This document shows, in pieces, positions 1-10,408 of a stretch of 64,000 nucleotides of DNA. This DNA is from Chthonomonas calidirosea (lineage in GTDB: Bacteria; Armatimonadota; Fimbriimonadia; Fimbriimonadales; Fimbriimonadaceae): NCBI GenBank assembly GCA_945859975.1, contig CAMAPH010000001.1, positions 96,001 through 160,000 of the forward strand, written 5' to 3'. Every line of letters begins with the position of its first letter. Within the stretch, counting starts at the first letter, position 1. Position numbers and translations under genes: made by a program. The notes below the pieces were generated by a model, which worked only from the letters and a program-made list of their open reading frames with translations, ran no database searches and was not told the origin of the DNA.

Positions 1-2
1 TC

Positions 3-1478
3 GTGGCGATTGCGATTCTCTCACTCGTGGATCGCGGGGAGCTTAGCTTGGATGAGAAGGCTCATTCGATTGTGGAGCTGAAAGGGCTCATCGACTCACG
101 CCGGACGGACATTACGCTTCGCATGCTGCTGAGTCATTCAAGCGGGCTATCGTTTAACCAGCCTCGGTTGGAGTCTAAACCGGGCACTCGATTTTCATAT
201 TCGACCCTCGGATTCCGCTATTTGCAACAGATTGCGGAGAAGAAACTTGGCACGTCGCTGGAAGATTGGGCGCAACGCACGCTTTTCCAACCGTTGCAGA
301 TGAACCGCTCGAGTTTTGTTTACGCCGAAAAGTTCGCGGGCAACCGCGCGAGTGGAGTGAACTGGCTGTTGCGCCCCCAGAGTCAGATGACGAGTGCGGC
401 AGGCACCGGCGCTTTCGATCTGATCACTTGCGCAACGGACTATTCCCGGCTTTGGGCGGCGGTTTTGGATGGCAAAGTGCTCAAGGAAAGCTCGCTTCGC
501 CAAATGTTCACGCCGCAAACTGGCATCACGGGCGAGTTCTTTGACTCCGCCGTTCCGAAAAAGAGCCGGGCCGAACTGGCGGCTGGTCTCGGCATTCTTC
601 TTCAGCGACAGGGGAACAAGTGGATCGGATTCCAATGGGGCGATAACGGTGGGTCGAGCTCGCTGTTGCTAGCAAACCGGGAGAAGCGCGACGCATTGGT
701 GTACTTAACCAACGCGCAAGACGGCTTGCATTCAGCCGAAGCGTTGGCTCGGATTGGCGGGATGAAGGACGTTGGCGCGAGTTGGGTTGGCTACGAGCAG
801 ATTTCCACGACCTATCGAAGAGCGTGGAAGCGGATTACGCTTGCGCTTGATCGAGAGCCGAAGTCGGGCGTTGAGGAGTTTCGGAAACTGACGGCTCAGG
901 ATGAGACGACAGCCAAGCAGGTGGCTCGGAATTTAGGTTATTTCAACGTGTTTCGGGGACAATCGGTTTTTGCCGAGCCATTCTTCCGAGTTGCTAGCAC
1001 TACTGATTTGGCCGACGGCTCACTTCTGCTGGAGTGGTCCAAGAGCTTGGTGCTGGCTGGCAAGGTGCGGGAGGCAGCCGAGGTTCAGGCACAAGCGTTT
1101 AAGAAGGATGCATCCATTCGTGGCGTTCCAAGCCTTGCAGAATGGGTGAAGCTCGCGGAGGCGGATTTGAAAGAAGAGGTTCCGATGTCCACAACGGCAG
1201 TGATGCGAGGTGGAAAGTTTGGTAACTACCGGATCGAGCTTGAACCTACCGGTCAGCCGGTCCTTGTTGCTCCATCCGGCCGCCGCCCTTTGGCGCTCCT
1301 GGGTTCGGGTGAGTTCTTGAGCCGAGACTTGGCTTACCGGGTGAAGTTTGAGCGGGAGAAGGTGTTGGTTACCCTGGCTGGGCAGGCAACGGAGACGTTG
1401 CAACCGGGTGGGGGCGGAAAAGAGAGGCAAAACGGTGAAGACTCCTCGCAAAATGGTCCCGAGTCCTACTCACTTTAA
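3..1478 (+). CDS. Serine hydrolase (beta-lactamase-related family) with helical C-terminal extension; 5'-truncated by window edge
   Basis: LLSHSSGL and PGTRFSYS motifs plus GFQWGDNGG (HxG-type box) of class C beta-lactamase-like hydrolases; the SxxK motif is not in the window, so the true start lies upstream. Confidence 0.8.
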   Translation: MAIAILSLVDRGELSLDEKAHSIVELKGLIDSRRTDITLRMLLSHSSGLSFNQPRLESKPGTRFSYSTLGFRYLQQIAEKKLGTSLEDWAQRTLFQPLQMNRSSFVYAEKFAGNRASGVNWLLRPQSQMTSAAGTGAFDLITCATDYSRLWAAVLDGKVLKESSLRQMFTPQTGITGEFFDSAVPKKSRAELAAGLGILLQRQGNKWIGFQWGDNGGSSSLLLANREKRDALVYLTNAQDGLHSAEALARIGGMKDVGASWVGYEQISTTYRRAWKRITLALDREPKSGVEEFRKLTAQDETTAKQVARNLGYFNVFRGQSVFAEPFFRVASTTDLADGSLLLEWSKSLVLAGKVREAAEVQAQAFKKDASIRGVPSLAEWVKLAEADLKEEVPMSTTAVMRGGKFGNYRIELEPTGQPVLVAPSGRRPLALLGSGEFLSRDLAYRVKFEREKVLVTLAGQATETLQPGGGGKERQNGEDSSQNGPESYSL

Positions 1479-1696
1479 GGAACTTAATCTTTTCGTCTTG
1501 CTGGCAGGCCGTTCCTTTGCAGACGGTGCGCCCACGTCGGACTGTTACTCCACGGCAGACAGGTTATGAATGTCCAACTAAAGGAAGACACCTATGCTGG
1601 CTAACCCTGCTTCCGTTCATTTGTTGGCCGTTTTCGCTTTTCCTAGCACTCAACGCTCCTTCTGAGCGACCCACGCTCTTGGCTAGGTTATTGCGC

Positions 1697-1720
1697 GGCA
1701 GGCCCAAAGGTGGGCCCGCC
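1697..1720 (-). terminator. GC-rich stem-loop just after the GH30 stop, between convergent genes
   Basis: Minus-strand GGCGGGCCCA-CCTT-TGGGCCTGCC pairs fully with one G-U; no clear U-tract. Confidence 0.35.
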
Positions 1721-1729
1721 TTGGCGTTA

Positions 1730-3670
1730 CTACTGAACGGCCGATTCGGTTGACTTCTTTGTCGCTTTCGGAGTTAGAACCAGGGTGATGACGCTTCTGG
1801 AAGGGACTTCTACCGAGGCTAAGGAAGGGATGCGGAGAGGGGCGATGTTGTGGCCTGGTCGGTCGGAGGTGATCCACGCTTTGGCGTTGTGCTTCCCTTC
1901 TACCGATACTTGCACTCGGTCCGACTGGGTTGCCGGGTTCACAAGGATGACGACTAACTCGGAAGTCTGCGGATTCTTGTAAGCGCTGACGAGCGTTGCG
2001 GTGACATCCGAGAACGGTCCATTGATACTGATTCGCTGATAGCCTGGGCGAACGAAACGAGCAAACTGTCCCATTACCCACAACGATTTTGATGCATAGA
2101 CTGAACCGTTGGGTTGGTACAGATCATCGACATAGACAAGGCCATCCTTAAAGTCGGCATCACTAACGGCTAGCCACCATTGCCAGGCAGACGCACCGAC
2201 TTCGGTGATGTCTAGCTGCATGAGCCGAGCCATGTTGAGGGCGGTAGACATGCCGAGGTCGCGACCACGGCCGCCTTCTCCGTGTGGTCCTTGCAGGTGA
2301 CAAAACTCAGTCATCCAGACTTCTAGCGGGCCAGCCTTCTTGAGCTCGATTCCGAGCTTTGTTCGCACCGACTTCATATTCTCCAGTTTTTCAACGAAAT
2401 AGGAGTGGTAGCCATAGATAGGCGCAACTTCCTTTCGCCACTGCTTTTGATCGGCAAAGAGGGACGAATAGTCACCATATTCGGCCCCGTACTTTTTGCT
2501 GATTGTCGGGTTCCTGTCGTATCCGATATAGGGGCTGGTTGCTTCTGGAGTCACAACTTTAACTCCTAGGCCCTTGCTCTTTGCTTCGTTCGCCAGCGCG
2601 GTTGTGATCTTAACGAGGTCATCGTTGCTTGCACGGCAGCCTTCTTGGGTGGTCGGGTTTGGGGCGCCGTTCCATTCGTAGTCTGGTTCGTTTATCGGAC
2701 TGATGAACTTGAAAGGATAGCCTTGATCGACAAAGTGCTTAACGGCCCCAACAAGGTATTTTGCGAAGGCGCCTTCGGCACCTTCCTTTAAGTTCGTTGT
2801 GCCTAGGCCATCCGTGCAGTTGGTTAGCCCGTTCTTCGTCAGTCGCGTTGGGGGGCTGACGGCGTAGGCTAACATGCTCTCAACGCCGTAGTCTTTGGCC
2901 GCTTTCAGCATCCACCTTTGTCCGGGGACCTTTGTAAAGTCGAACTTGCCATCACCAGCGTCGTAGGTGTCGGCTTGGCGAAGGGCCATGGTGATGGACA
3001 CATCGTTTAGCCCGCCGCCGAGGTTATGCCTCCAACCCGTGAGACCTGCGCCAGTCTTCTTATCAAACAGTAAGCGCGCCACTTCTTTCCGCTTGTCTTC
3101 TGACCAGTGGATTAATGGTTCAACGGTCCATGAGTCTGAGGCACCAAAGTTACTCATGGTTTGGTGGGTTTCTCTCGGAAGCAGGGTGAGCGGCTTTTTG
3201 TATCGTGTGGGTTCTGGCTTGTTTCCTTTATAGGTGAATGAAGTATCGAGCCAGTTGCCGTGATCTTCGGCATCGCCGATTCCGCCATCGGAGGTGACCA
3301 ACGTCAGTTGTTTGACTCCGGTGAGATCTACATCAAACTTTACGGGGTCTGAACCGCCCCGTACGAGTCCGCTCGTCCAGAGCTGCTTCGAATCTCCCCA
3401 AACTGAAAATTCGACGGAACCATTTCGACCAGTATCGTTGATTGCCACCATGCCTTGGATGGACAGCACTTGTCCATCTAGAGCAAAACTTGCTCCGCCA
3501 TGGGCATGAGTTCCAATACCGTTGGCATAGGACACCCCTTTCACGAGTAGAGGTCCTCTTCCGACTGCTCGATTCAACTGGGTTTTATCGAATCCAGATT
3601 GCCAATGTTCTACACCAATATCTGTAAGGAGAAGGATCTTCATGGTCGCTAATGCAAGGAGAGTGGTCAT
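1730..3670 (-). CDS. Glycoside hydrolase family 30-like protein with N-terminal NPCBM/NEW2 carbohydrate-binding module
   Basis: NPCBM motifs GIGTHA, SVEFSVWGD, DHGNWLD; clan-A catalytic motifs ISPINEPD (acid/base) and VWMTEFC (nucleophile); FARFVRPG. Confidence 0.85.
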   Translation of the reverse strand: MTTLLALATMKILLLTDIGVEHWQSGFDKTQLNRAVGRGPLLVKGVSYANGIGTHAHGGASFALDGQVLSIQGMVAINDTGRNGSVEFSVWGDSKQLWTSGLVRGGSDPVKFDVDLTGVKQLTLVTSDGGIGDAEDHGNWLDTSFTYKGNKPEPTRYKKPLTLLPRETHQTMSNFGASDSWTVEPLIHWSEDKRKEVARLLFDKKTGAGLTGWRHNLGGGLNDVSITMALRQADTYDAGDGKFDFTKVPGQRWMLKAAKDYGVESMLAYAVSPPTRLTKNGLTNCTDGLGTTNLKEGAEGAFAKYLVGAVKHFVDQGYPFKFISPINEPDYEWNGAPNPTTQEGCRASNDDLVKITTALANEAKSKGLGVKVVTPEATSPYIGYDRNPTISKKYGAEYGDYSSLFADQKQWRKEVAPIYGYHSYFVEKLENMKSVRTKLGIELKKAGPLEVWMTEFCHLQGPHGEGGRGRDLGMSTALNMARLMQLDITEVGASAWQWWLAVSDADFKDGLVYVDDLYQPNGSVYASKSLWVMGQFARFVRPGYQRISINGPFSDVTATLVSAYKNPQTSELVVILVNPATQSDRVQVSVEGKHNAKAWITSDRPGHNIAPLRIPSLASVEVPSRSVITLVLTPKATKKSTESAVQ

Positions 3671-6276
3671 GGATTGTGTCGGAAGAGAAGGTCAAACTGG
3701 CCCAACTCGACCGTTTGCTGCGGGCTGAAACTAGACGAATTGAGGTAGCTCCTTATTGAGCGCTCGAGTTGTCGCGCTACGACGCGATCTGGGGTTTCAA
3801 AATCGATACATGTTACGAGAACAGAAGCCGAGCCGATCTTTGCTTCGAAGATGGAGCCCAACTTATAGTTACGCTCATAGCGATCGATTACCTGAAGTAC
3901 CGGCGAGAACTCTGCCGGGAAGGAGCTAAGATTGAGCGACTGCGACTTCATGAGGATCTCCCACCAGTGCCAATCGGAATGGTTCTCGATTGGGAACTCG
4001 GCAAAGGCGGGATGCTCTGACTGAATGAGGGTGCCTAGCGTGCCAATTTGCTCGACAAAATGAATTGGCGACCAAAAGGCGGGGGCGAAGCGTCCCGCGA
4101 TTCCCATATGGCTCTTACTTGGGTTAAGGCGTAACCAGACTCTCTCGCCATTCAGAATTGCCTGTCGAGCATCGGCGCGATACCAGTGGAATACCTTTGT
4201 GGTAGTTACTTCTGGAAGTTCGGGTTCGGGTTCAAAGTTCCAGATGGTCCAGACGTTCTCATGCTGGCCAACGGCAACTCTTACCTCATAGCGCGCCGGT
4301 GCGGGTAAATCGGTGAGCGCAATTTCTAGCGTGCCGACCTCGTTTTCGTTGAAGGCCTTAATGTCAAACCGACCGAAGGAACCGGAGCGCAAGCACTGAT
4401 TGTTCTCATTGGATAGCGACCACGTCGCTTCTTCATTGATGCTTGGTCCACTGTGTGCAATTCTCACGGTCCCATTTAGCACCTCGTCCCTCTTCCAAAC
4501 AAACTTCGGGAGACTGAGCAACGGAACCGTTGGGGATACGAAGCGCCGGAATTCCTCCCCCGAGACAAAGCCTTTGGGTTCCCAAAAGGCGTTTAGCATT
4601 CCGATTGTGGCCGTACCTTGACCCGGGAAATCGGATAAACCAAGCAGTTGGTATCCGGCAAGGTTGGATGTGCGCATTAGCGTCTCGATTTCTTCTTTGT
4701 AGAGCTTAGCGCTAAGATGGCCAGAGGCGTTGGTGAAGTCGGCGGCTTGATCAATCATGCCTCGCTCCTTCAGTTGCTCGGCGATCTTCTTGAAATTCCG
4801 TGGTTCCAGAACACCGTCGTACTTTGGTATCTCAGCAAGATCAGGGAAAACGGCCCATTCGCCAACTTCATGCGCAATAACCGGCCGATCAAACTGATTT
4901 GCTGCCTTATCACAATTGAGGATGGAACTTGGCGCTTCGCGGTCGAACCTTGAACCAACGCCGAACCAGGTACTGCCGCGTAGTGGCTCATTCTCGGCGC
5001 CAGGCTTACCGTTGTCGGCTTGCACATAGTAATCGCAAGCCGGGCTCAGATGCGTTCCGTGGCTCGAGAAGTTGAAGAGAATATGCGGATATTTCGCCTT
5101 TAGAGAATTTAATAGTTCATCTACCGGAGGCTCTTCGCCATAGAATGACATCTCATTCCCAAGGCAGAACAGGACGAACGAGGGATGGTGGGAATAGGCT
5201 TCCAAGATTCGGAAGGCTTCTTCTCGGATGAAGCGCATCAGCTCGGGATCGGAGCTAAGCGCCCAGTGACCGGTCCACAGTGGGCATTCGACTTGAAGCA
5301 GGACTCCTACTTCATCTGCAGCCAGGAAGGCGGCTTCTGGCGGGCACCAAGAATGGAACCGAACGTGGTTGAGACCGAACTCTTTCACTCTCTTAAAGAT
5401 TCCGGCCCATGACTCGGTATCCATCGGAGGATAGCCAGTCTTAGGGAATATGCAGCATTCAAGCGTCCCGCGGAGGAAGACGAATTGGTCATTCAACTTG
5501 AAGAATCGGCCCTCGGCGACGAAGGTCCTCTGTCCCAAGGAAAGTGAACAGGATTCGGTTCCGTTATTCAGTCGAAGGTGAGTTAGAGACGGGTTTTCGT
5601 CGCTCCATTCGGGCAAATTGTTTAGCGGAATGTCGATCTGAAATTCACCACTATCGGTCGACTTTGAGTACAGCGTTTCGCCACCGGACAACGCAATGTG
5701 AACCTCCCCAGTTGCCTTGCCACGAATGGAGAAATCGCTTTGGGTCCGGCTGACACTCTTTAGTTTGATTCGGTTATCAATCGACTTTATGCTCATTTCG
5801 CCGATGATGCCGTTCCAATTTGTTTGGGTCCAGTCTGTGAGTGCGTGTCCAATTCGACCGATAGGAATGATTGGCGTGTTGTCAATCCTGATCGTGAGTT
5901 CTACTTGCTCACTTTCGGTAATTTCAAACTCATAGTGGTGCGCGACACTCAGGCTCTCTCTGCGTCCCATGTGCACACCATTGACCCAAAGATCGGAGAA
6001 CCAGTGGCACCGTTCTAACACTAACTCAACAGTTTGGTTACGAATCTCGGCGGGAACTGCTACGGTTTTGGTAAACCAGGCTGGGCCAACATAGGAGACC
6101 TTTCGAGAGAGTCCTCCTAGATACCCTTGTTCGAGATTGACTTCGCCAATTCCGCTCTCATCTAATGAGCCAGGCAACATGGCCGATCGAGTTGGAACAT
6201 TCTTGATTTGACTTTCGCTGAACTCCCCTTTGGGATCAAGTACAACTTGCCAGCTACCGGCGAGTGATATCTGCAC
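3667..6276 (-). CDS. Glycoside hydrolase family 2 (beta-galactosidase/beta-glucuronidase-like)
   Basis: ISLAGSW start, YVGPAWF, NWNGIIG, LNHVRFHSWCPP, LGNEM, AHEVGEW; GTG start overlaps upstream TAG. Confidence 0.88.
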   Translation of the reverse strand: MQISLAGSWQVVLDPKGEFSESQIKNVPTRSAMLPGSLDESGIGEVNLEQGYLGGLSRKVSYVGPAWFTKTVAVPAEIRNQTVELVLERCHWFSDLWVNGVHMGRRESLSVAHHYEFEITESEQVELTIRIDNTPIIPIGRIGHALTDWTQTNWNGIIGEMSIKSIDNRIKLKSVSRTQSDFSIRGKATGEVHIALSGGETLYSKSTDSGEFQIDIPLNNLPEWSDENPSLTHLRLNNGTESCSLSLGQRTFVAEGRFFKLNDQFVFLRGTLECCIFPKTGYPPMDTESWAGIFKRVKEFGLNHVRFHSWCPPEAAFLAADEVGVLLQVECPLWTGHWALSSDPELMRFIREEAFRILEAYSHHPSFVLFCLGNEMSFYGEEPPVDELLNSLKAKYPHILFNFSSHGTHLSPACDYYVQADNGKPGAENEPLRGSTWFGVGSRFDREAPSSILNCDKAANQFDRPVIAHEVGEWAVFPDLAEIPKYDGVLEPRNFKKIAEQLKERGMIDQAADFTNASGHLSAKLYKEEIETLMRTSNLAGYQLLGLSDFPGQGTATIGMLNAFWEPKGFVSGEEFRRFVSPTVPLLSLPKFVWKRDEVLNGTVRIAHSGPSINEEATWSLSNENNQCLRSGSFGRFDIKAFNENEVGTLEIALTDLPAPARYEVRVAVGQHENVWTIWNFEPEPELPEVTTTKVFHWYRADARQAILNGERVWLRLNPSKSHMGIAGRFAPAFWSPIHFVEQIGTLGTLIQSEHPAFAEFPIENHSDWHWWEILMKSQSLNLSSFPAEFSPVLQVIDRYERNYKLGSIFEAKIGSASVLVTCIDFETPDRVVARQLERSIRSYLNSSSFSPQQTVELGQFDLLFRHNP

Positions 6277-9200
6277 TAGCTTAGCTCCTGCGATAGATCG
6301 AGGGCGAATGGGCAGTATGGATCATTTGCTAGCGCTAAGTTCAGCACTAGCCGTGCAGATTCAAAGTTGCCTAATCCCGCATAGGCTTGAGCAAGCATAA
6401 GATCGGCAGACTTGTTTTGTCTAGCCTGTAGATTGTCTTTAAACAGAAGCATTGTTGGTAGAGATGTTGCGAAGTAGTCGATTTTGGCCGTCATGGTCCG
6501 AAGCTGAATGGCGTAGTTCTTCAGGGCTAGAAGCATCTCCTCTGCTTCCACCGCTCTCCCTAGTGCTTGCAGAGACCTTGCTTGGAAGTAGGAGAGTTCC
6601 GAGTGCTGTAGAACGCTCATTTCTTGAAAGTCGCCCTTGAAGTTGGCTGCTCGTTCATAGTGGCTACGAGCCGCCGCATGGTCTCCCAGTGCCGCGTAGT
6701 GGGTCGCAGCTTGATACCAGAGGTTGCTGGCGTTGGCGAGTGCATGTCGACTTTCGCCGAGATTATCGGGGGGATTGATTGCGGCAAGAATATGTTGGAG
6801 TTTTTGCTCAGGTGCCTCGGCTTCTCGGCTTAAAAGTTCTTGTGCTCTTGCCCAGGCACCAAGGGCGATACCTTCTCCGCCTTCCCAGGGGGTGAAAGTC
6901 TTGCTACTCAGAACCTCTACGGCTCGGCGTGGATTGCCAGTGATGTTGAGTAGAGTGGCGTACTCTAGCGTTAGATCATCTCGCTTTGAGTTGAGATCCG
7001 GCTTTGATTCCAAGCGGGCGAGTCGTTCTATGGCGGCCGATCCTAGTCGTTTGTCGAGTTGGTCTCGTTCGTAGAGGAATCGTGCTTCTGCTGGCTCGGC
7101 CTCCATCGCTTTTTCATAGCACGTCATGGATGCGGCTGCGTCACCTTGGATATTGAACTTGCCGATTCCAAGGTTCCTCCAGGCAACGGCCAAACTTGGA
7201 TTTGCTTCTACTGCCCTTTCCCAACATGCGATGCCATCAAGGTGTCGCCGACGGTCGTAGTAGAAGTTCCCGAGCAACATCAGGGCGACGGCGTCGACTG
7301 GATATCGCTCGACGTGGGATTCAAGTTTTTTAAGTTCTTGAAGCCGATTTGGGAAAAGGTCAGCCAGCTTCGCCGTGTGTGGACACTTTTCGCCAAGAAA
7401 CACTTTAGCCATCGGATCTTGGTCAGCGACTTGTCCGATGAGTACGCGGGCTTCGGATTCGGCACCTACTTCTTCTAGGTTAATCGCCAAGTCTAAACGT
7501 GATTGGAAGTTATCCAGCACGGCCGTGTTATAACGCCGCGTGATCTCATCCGTGGTCGAATCCGGGAGCATGTGGAGTTCATAGAGCGCCCAATGGTCAA
7601 GCGGATCGACTTTGAGTACAGAGTCGAGAACTTCTTTTGACTTGGCTTGCTCACCGAGTTTGCGGTAGCAATGAGCTTCCATGCAATGCAAGTCGTTCGC
7701 ATCTGCTAGAGAGAGCTTCGCGGTGGAAAGAAGGCTTAGTGCATGATCGTACTTGCCTTCTCTCATTGCAATACGGGCCATTGCCATATGCGAAGCTCCT
7801 TTCGTGGCGTAGTTCCAGGCGGCTTTGCCGAAGTGGTTATAGGCAGACCGATACTCGCCCCCCAGTTCCTCCGTTACCCCTAGCAGATAGTAGGCTTCTC
7901 CAGAATTTGGGTTCGGGTTCAGTTTTGTCTGTAATTCAATCGCAGATTTGAACCGAGTCTTAGCTTCCGCCCACAGACCTCGCTGCAGGGCTCGTTTGCC
8001 AAGGCAAACGTGACTCTCAACGTGTCCAGGGTCACGACGGAGAGCCTCGTGCCAGTAGTCCTCAGGTGCTCGAGTCGCGTGGCGGTACTGGTCTAGATGG
8101 ACTGCAATGCGATGAAGCTCAGAAACGGAATCAACTTCTGACGGTAATTTTGGCTCTTGTGCCTGCACCGGAGCGGGCTGCTCACTCAGCTTTGAAAAGT
8201 CAAATGAAACAAGTTCGACTCCGTCTGCGGACACCAATGATGCTGAAAGAATTTCGGAATCGAAGGTCCGGAGGAGCGGATCCTCTAGCGATACATTTAC
8301 CGTCTCTTCCCGAGTCTGATCTCCATATCGGACGGTCAGGAGCGCTCCTGCTACGGGGGCGGAAGGGCAGATGCCTAGACGATTACCGTCGACCGATAGG
8401 GCAGCATGTCGGGTTGCGTTTGCGGCTGGGCCAATTTTTCGGATAGGGTACCAAAACTGACTGAATACCTTTGTCTCGTATGGCGCAATGAAAGAAAAGT
8501 CGGGTTGGTTGTCGGTGTAAACACCCGCCATTAGCTCAACGTAGGGCCCACCTTCATCGGTTAAGTTACGATCCCACGCGTATCCGAACTCGTGATTTCC
8601 CCACGTCCATTGCTTCTTGCCGGGCGAGATTGTTCGGTCGGCTACGTGGATAAACCCAGCCTCAGCCTGATGATCGTAGCCACCGAAGAACTCAAAGTCG
8701 GTCGCCGTAACCATGTACGATGTGGGAACGGGAATATTGGCGTACCAGTCAAGCCGATTCGGATCAACGTCTGCGAGGGGATTGAAGTGACTTGGCACCT
8801 CATTCTCCGGAATCCCGTTTGAAGGACGCTCGCCGTAAGCTACGCCGTAGTACGATGTATCGCAGGCAGGAAAGCTTGAAGTAGCTCGCTTTGCATGATC
8901 GGCAACCGACGCGACATCTTTCGGAAAGAACGATTGATAGAACTCGTGAACGCGGGCTGCCACGTTTGCCCACCAAAGAAAGGTCTGCGTTAGCGGCGTT
9001 CGATTGTAGAGCCTTGCCTTGAGTTCAATGAGGCTACTCTCAGGTCGCAACTTGAGACCATGCATCCCTTTCATTCGATTCATCGGCTCGTGCTCACTTA
9101 GCCAGTAGATCTTCGAACCATCTTCTTCAACCTCAAGGCACCATTCGCATGGCATGTAGGTGCTCGGACGGTGATGTTGGGGCCAGTTGAATTCGACACC

Positions 9201-9551
9201 ACCCGAGATCCAAGGACCCGCAAGTCCGACGAGAGCAGGCTTAATCACTTCCTGTCGATAGAAAAAGTCGTAATTCGAAACCTTGTCGTATCCGATGTGG
9301 ATGCGTCCTCCAATCTCAGGAAGGATCATTAGCTCGACGTACTTATTTGCGAGCGAGAGTGCTTCATAGCTCTTGGGACACTTGGTTGTTGAGACTGAAC
9401 TATAGAATGGAAGAGGATAGACTCGTCCACTGCTTCCCTGATACACCCGAGTTTCAAGGAACATTGGAGCTTGCTCAGGAGCGCCAACCGAGTATGTATC
9501 GAACGTTACGGTATGTGATTTCGCGGTGACCTGATCTTTGGAAGTCATCAT
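6276..9551 (-). CDS. DUF5107-domain / tetratricopeptide-repeat protein
   Basis: RVYQGSSGRVYP, ILPEIGGRI, WISGGVEFNWPQHHRP, PGKKQWTWG, GVYTDNQPDF, then TPR-like helices; start moved to ATG 9551 (ATGA overlap with permease stop). Confidence 0.85.
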   Translation of the reverse strand: MMTSKDQVTAKSHTVTFDTYSVGAPEQAPMFLETRVYQGSSGRVYPLPFYSSVSTTKCPKSYEALSLANKYVELMILPEIGGRIHIGYDKVSNYDFFYRQEVIKPALVGLAGPWISGGVEFNWPQHHRPSTYMPCEWCLEVEEDGSKIYWLSEHEPMNRMKGMHGLKLRPESSLIELKARLYNRTPLTQTFLWWANVAARVHEFYQSFFPKDVASVADHAKRATSSFPACDTSYYGVAYGERPSNGIPENEVPSHFNPLADVDPNRLDWYANIPVPTSYMVTATDFEFFGGYDHQAEAGFIHVADRTISPGKKQWTWGNHEFGYAWDRNLTDEGGPYVELMAGVYTDNQPDFSFIAPYETKVFSQFWYPIRKIGPAANATRHAALSVDGNRLGICPSAPVAGALLTVRYGDQTREETVNVSLEDPLLRTFDSEILSASLVSADGVELVSFDFSKLSEQPAPVQAQEPKLPSEVDSVSELHRIAVHLDQYRHATRAPEDYWHEALRRDPGHVESHVCLGKRALQRGLWAEAKTRFKSAIELQTKLNPNPNSGEAYYLLGVTEELGGEYRSAYNHFGKAAWNYATKGASHMAMARIAMREGKYDHALSLLSTAKLSLADANDLHCMEAHCYRKLGEQAKSKEVLDSVLKVDPLDHWALYELHMLPDSTTDEITRRYNTAVLDNFQSRLDLAINLEEVGAESEARVLIGQVADQDPMAKVFLGEKCPHTAKLADLFPNRLQELKKLESHVERYPVDAVALMLLGNFYYDRRRHLDGIACWERAVEANPSLAVAWRNLGIGKFNIQGDAAASMTCYEKAMEAEPAEARFLYERDQLDKRLGSAAIERLARLESKPDLNSKRDDLTLEYATLLNITGNPRRAVEVLSSKTFTPWEGGEGIALGAWARAQELLSREAEAPEQKLQHILAAINPPDNLGESRHALANASNLWYQAATHYAALGDHAAARSHYERAANFKGDFQEMSVLQHSELSYFQARSLQALGRAVEAEEMLLALKNYAIQLRTMTAKIDYFATSLPTMLLFKDNLQARQNKSADLMLAQAYAGLGNFESARLVLNLALANDPYCPFALDLSQELS

Positions 9552-10408
9552 TTTAATCCCGTGGTGGAAATGCCTTGCACAAATGCCTTTTGGGCGACGA
9601 AGTAAACAATAATCACTGGCGCGATGACCATCAGCGACGCGGCCATCAGAAGGTTCCAGGGCGTTCCGGTGTGCTGGTTTTGGAAAGCTTGCAATCCGAG
9701 CGAGACGGTGAAGTTTCGCTGATCCGTTAGATAAAGTAGGGGTCCCAGGAAGTCGTTCCAAGACCAAAGGAACGTGAAGACGGCCACGACGGTAAGTGCA
9801 GGCTTCGCAAGCGGGATGATGACTTTCAGAAACACACCAAACGGGCTGGCACCGTCAAGGACGGCAGCCTCGCTTAGCTCCTTCGGAATTGCCATGAAGA
9901 ACTGGCGAAGGAGGAAGATGTTAAAGGCACTACCGAAGAAGGTAGGAACCCACAGGGGCCTGAAGGTTCCAATCCAACCAAAGTCGCGAAACAGCTTATA
10001 GAGAGGAACGATTAGAATCGGACCGGGAACCATCATGGTTGCCAGGGTTAGCGCGAAGAGCCATCTCTTCCCTTTCCACTCAAGGCATCCAAACGCATAT
10101 CCAACGAGACTGTTTGAGATCACCGATCCGGTGATGCACAGAATCGCTAAAAGAACAGAGTTCTGCGCATAGCGCAGAAACGGGATGTATCCCAACTCTT
10201 TGGAACCATACGTCACCGCATCGGAGTAGTTCGAAACCTGAATTTTGTCCGGGATCCACTTTGGCGGACTCGTCATCGTCTCATCCAGCGGCTTCAAAGA
10301 CGTCACAACCATCCAAACGAGCGGAAGCGCAAACAGGAAAGCTAGAACGAGCAGCGCTCCAAGCTGAAGAGCCTTTGTTAAAAGTATTTTTTGTTCCTTT
10401 GAAAGCAT
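9548..10408 (-). CDS. Carbohydrate ABC transporter permease (MalG-like)
   Basis: EAA loop IPKELSEAAVLDGAS, WSWNDFLGPL; start ATG 10408 overlaps upstream TAA. Confidence 0.92.
   Translation of the reverse strand: MLSKEQKILLTKALQLGALLVLAFLFALPLVWMVVTSLKPLDETMTSPPKWIPDKIQVSNYSDAVTYGSKELGYIPFLRYAQNSVLLAILCITGSVISNSLVGYAFGCLEWKGKRWLFALTLATMMVPGPILIVPLYKLFRDFGWIGTFRPLWVPTFFGSAFNIFLLRQFFMAIPKELSEAAVLDGASPFGVFLKVIIPLAKPALTVVAVFTFLWSWNDFLGPLLYLTDQRNFTVSLGLQAFQNQHTGTPWNLLMAASLMVIAPVIIVYFVAQKAFVQGISTTGLK

Noticed and set aside
1479..1729. Short ORFs in the gap between the serine hydrolase and GH30 (e.g. MLANPASVHLLAVFAFPSTQRSF)
   Set aside because: No supporting promoter geometry, motif or structure; consistent with chance
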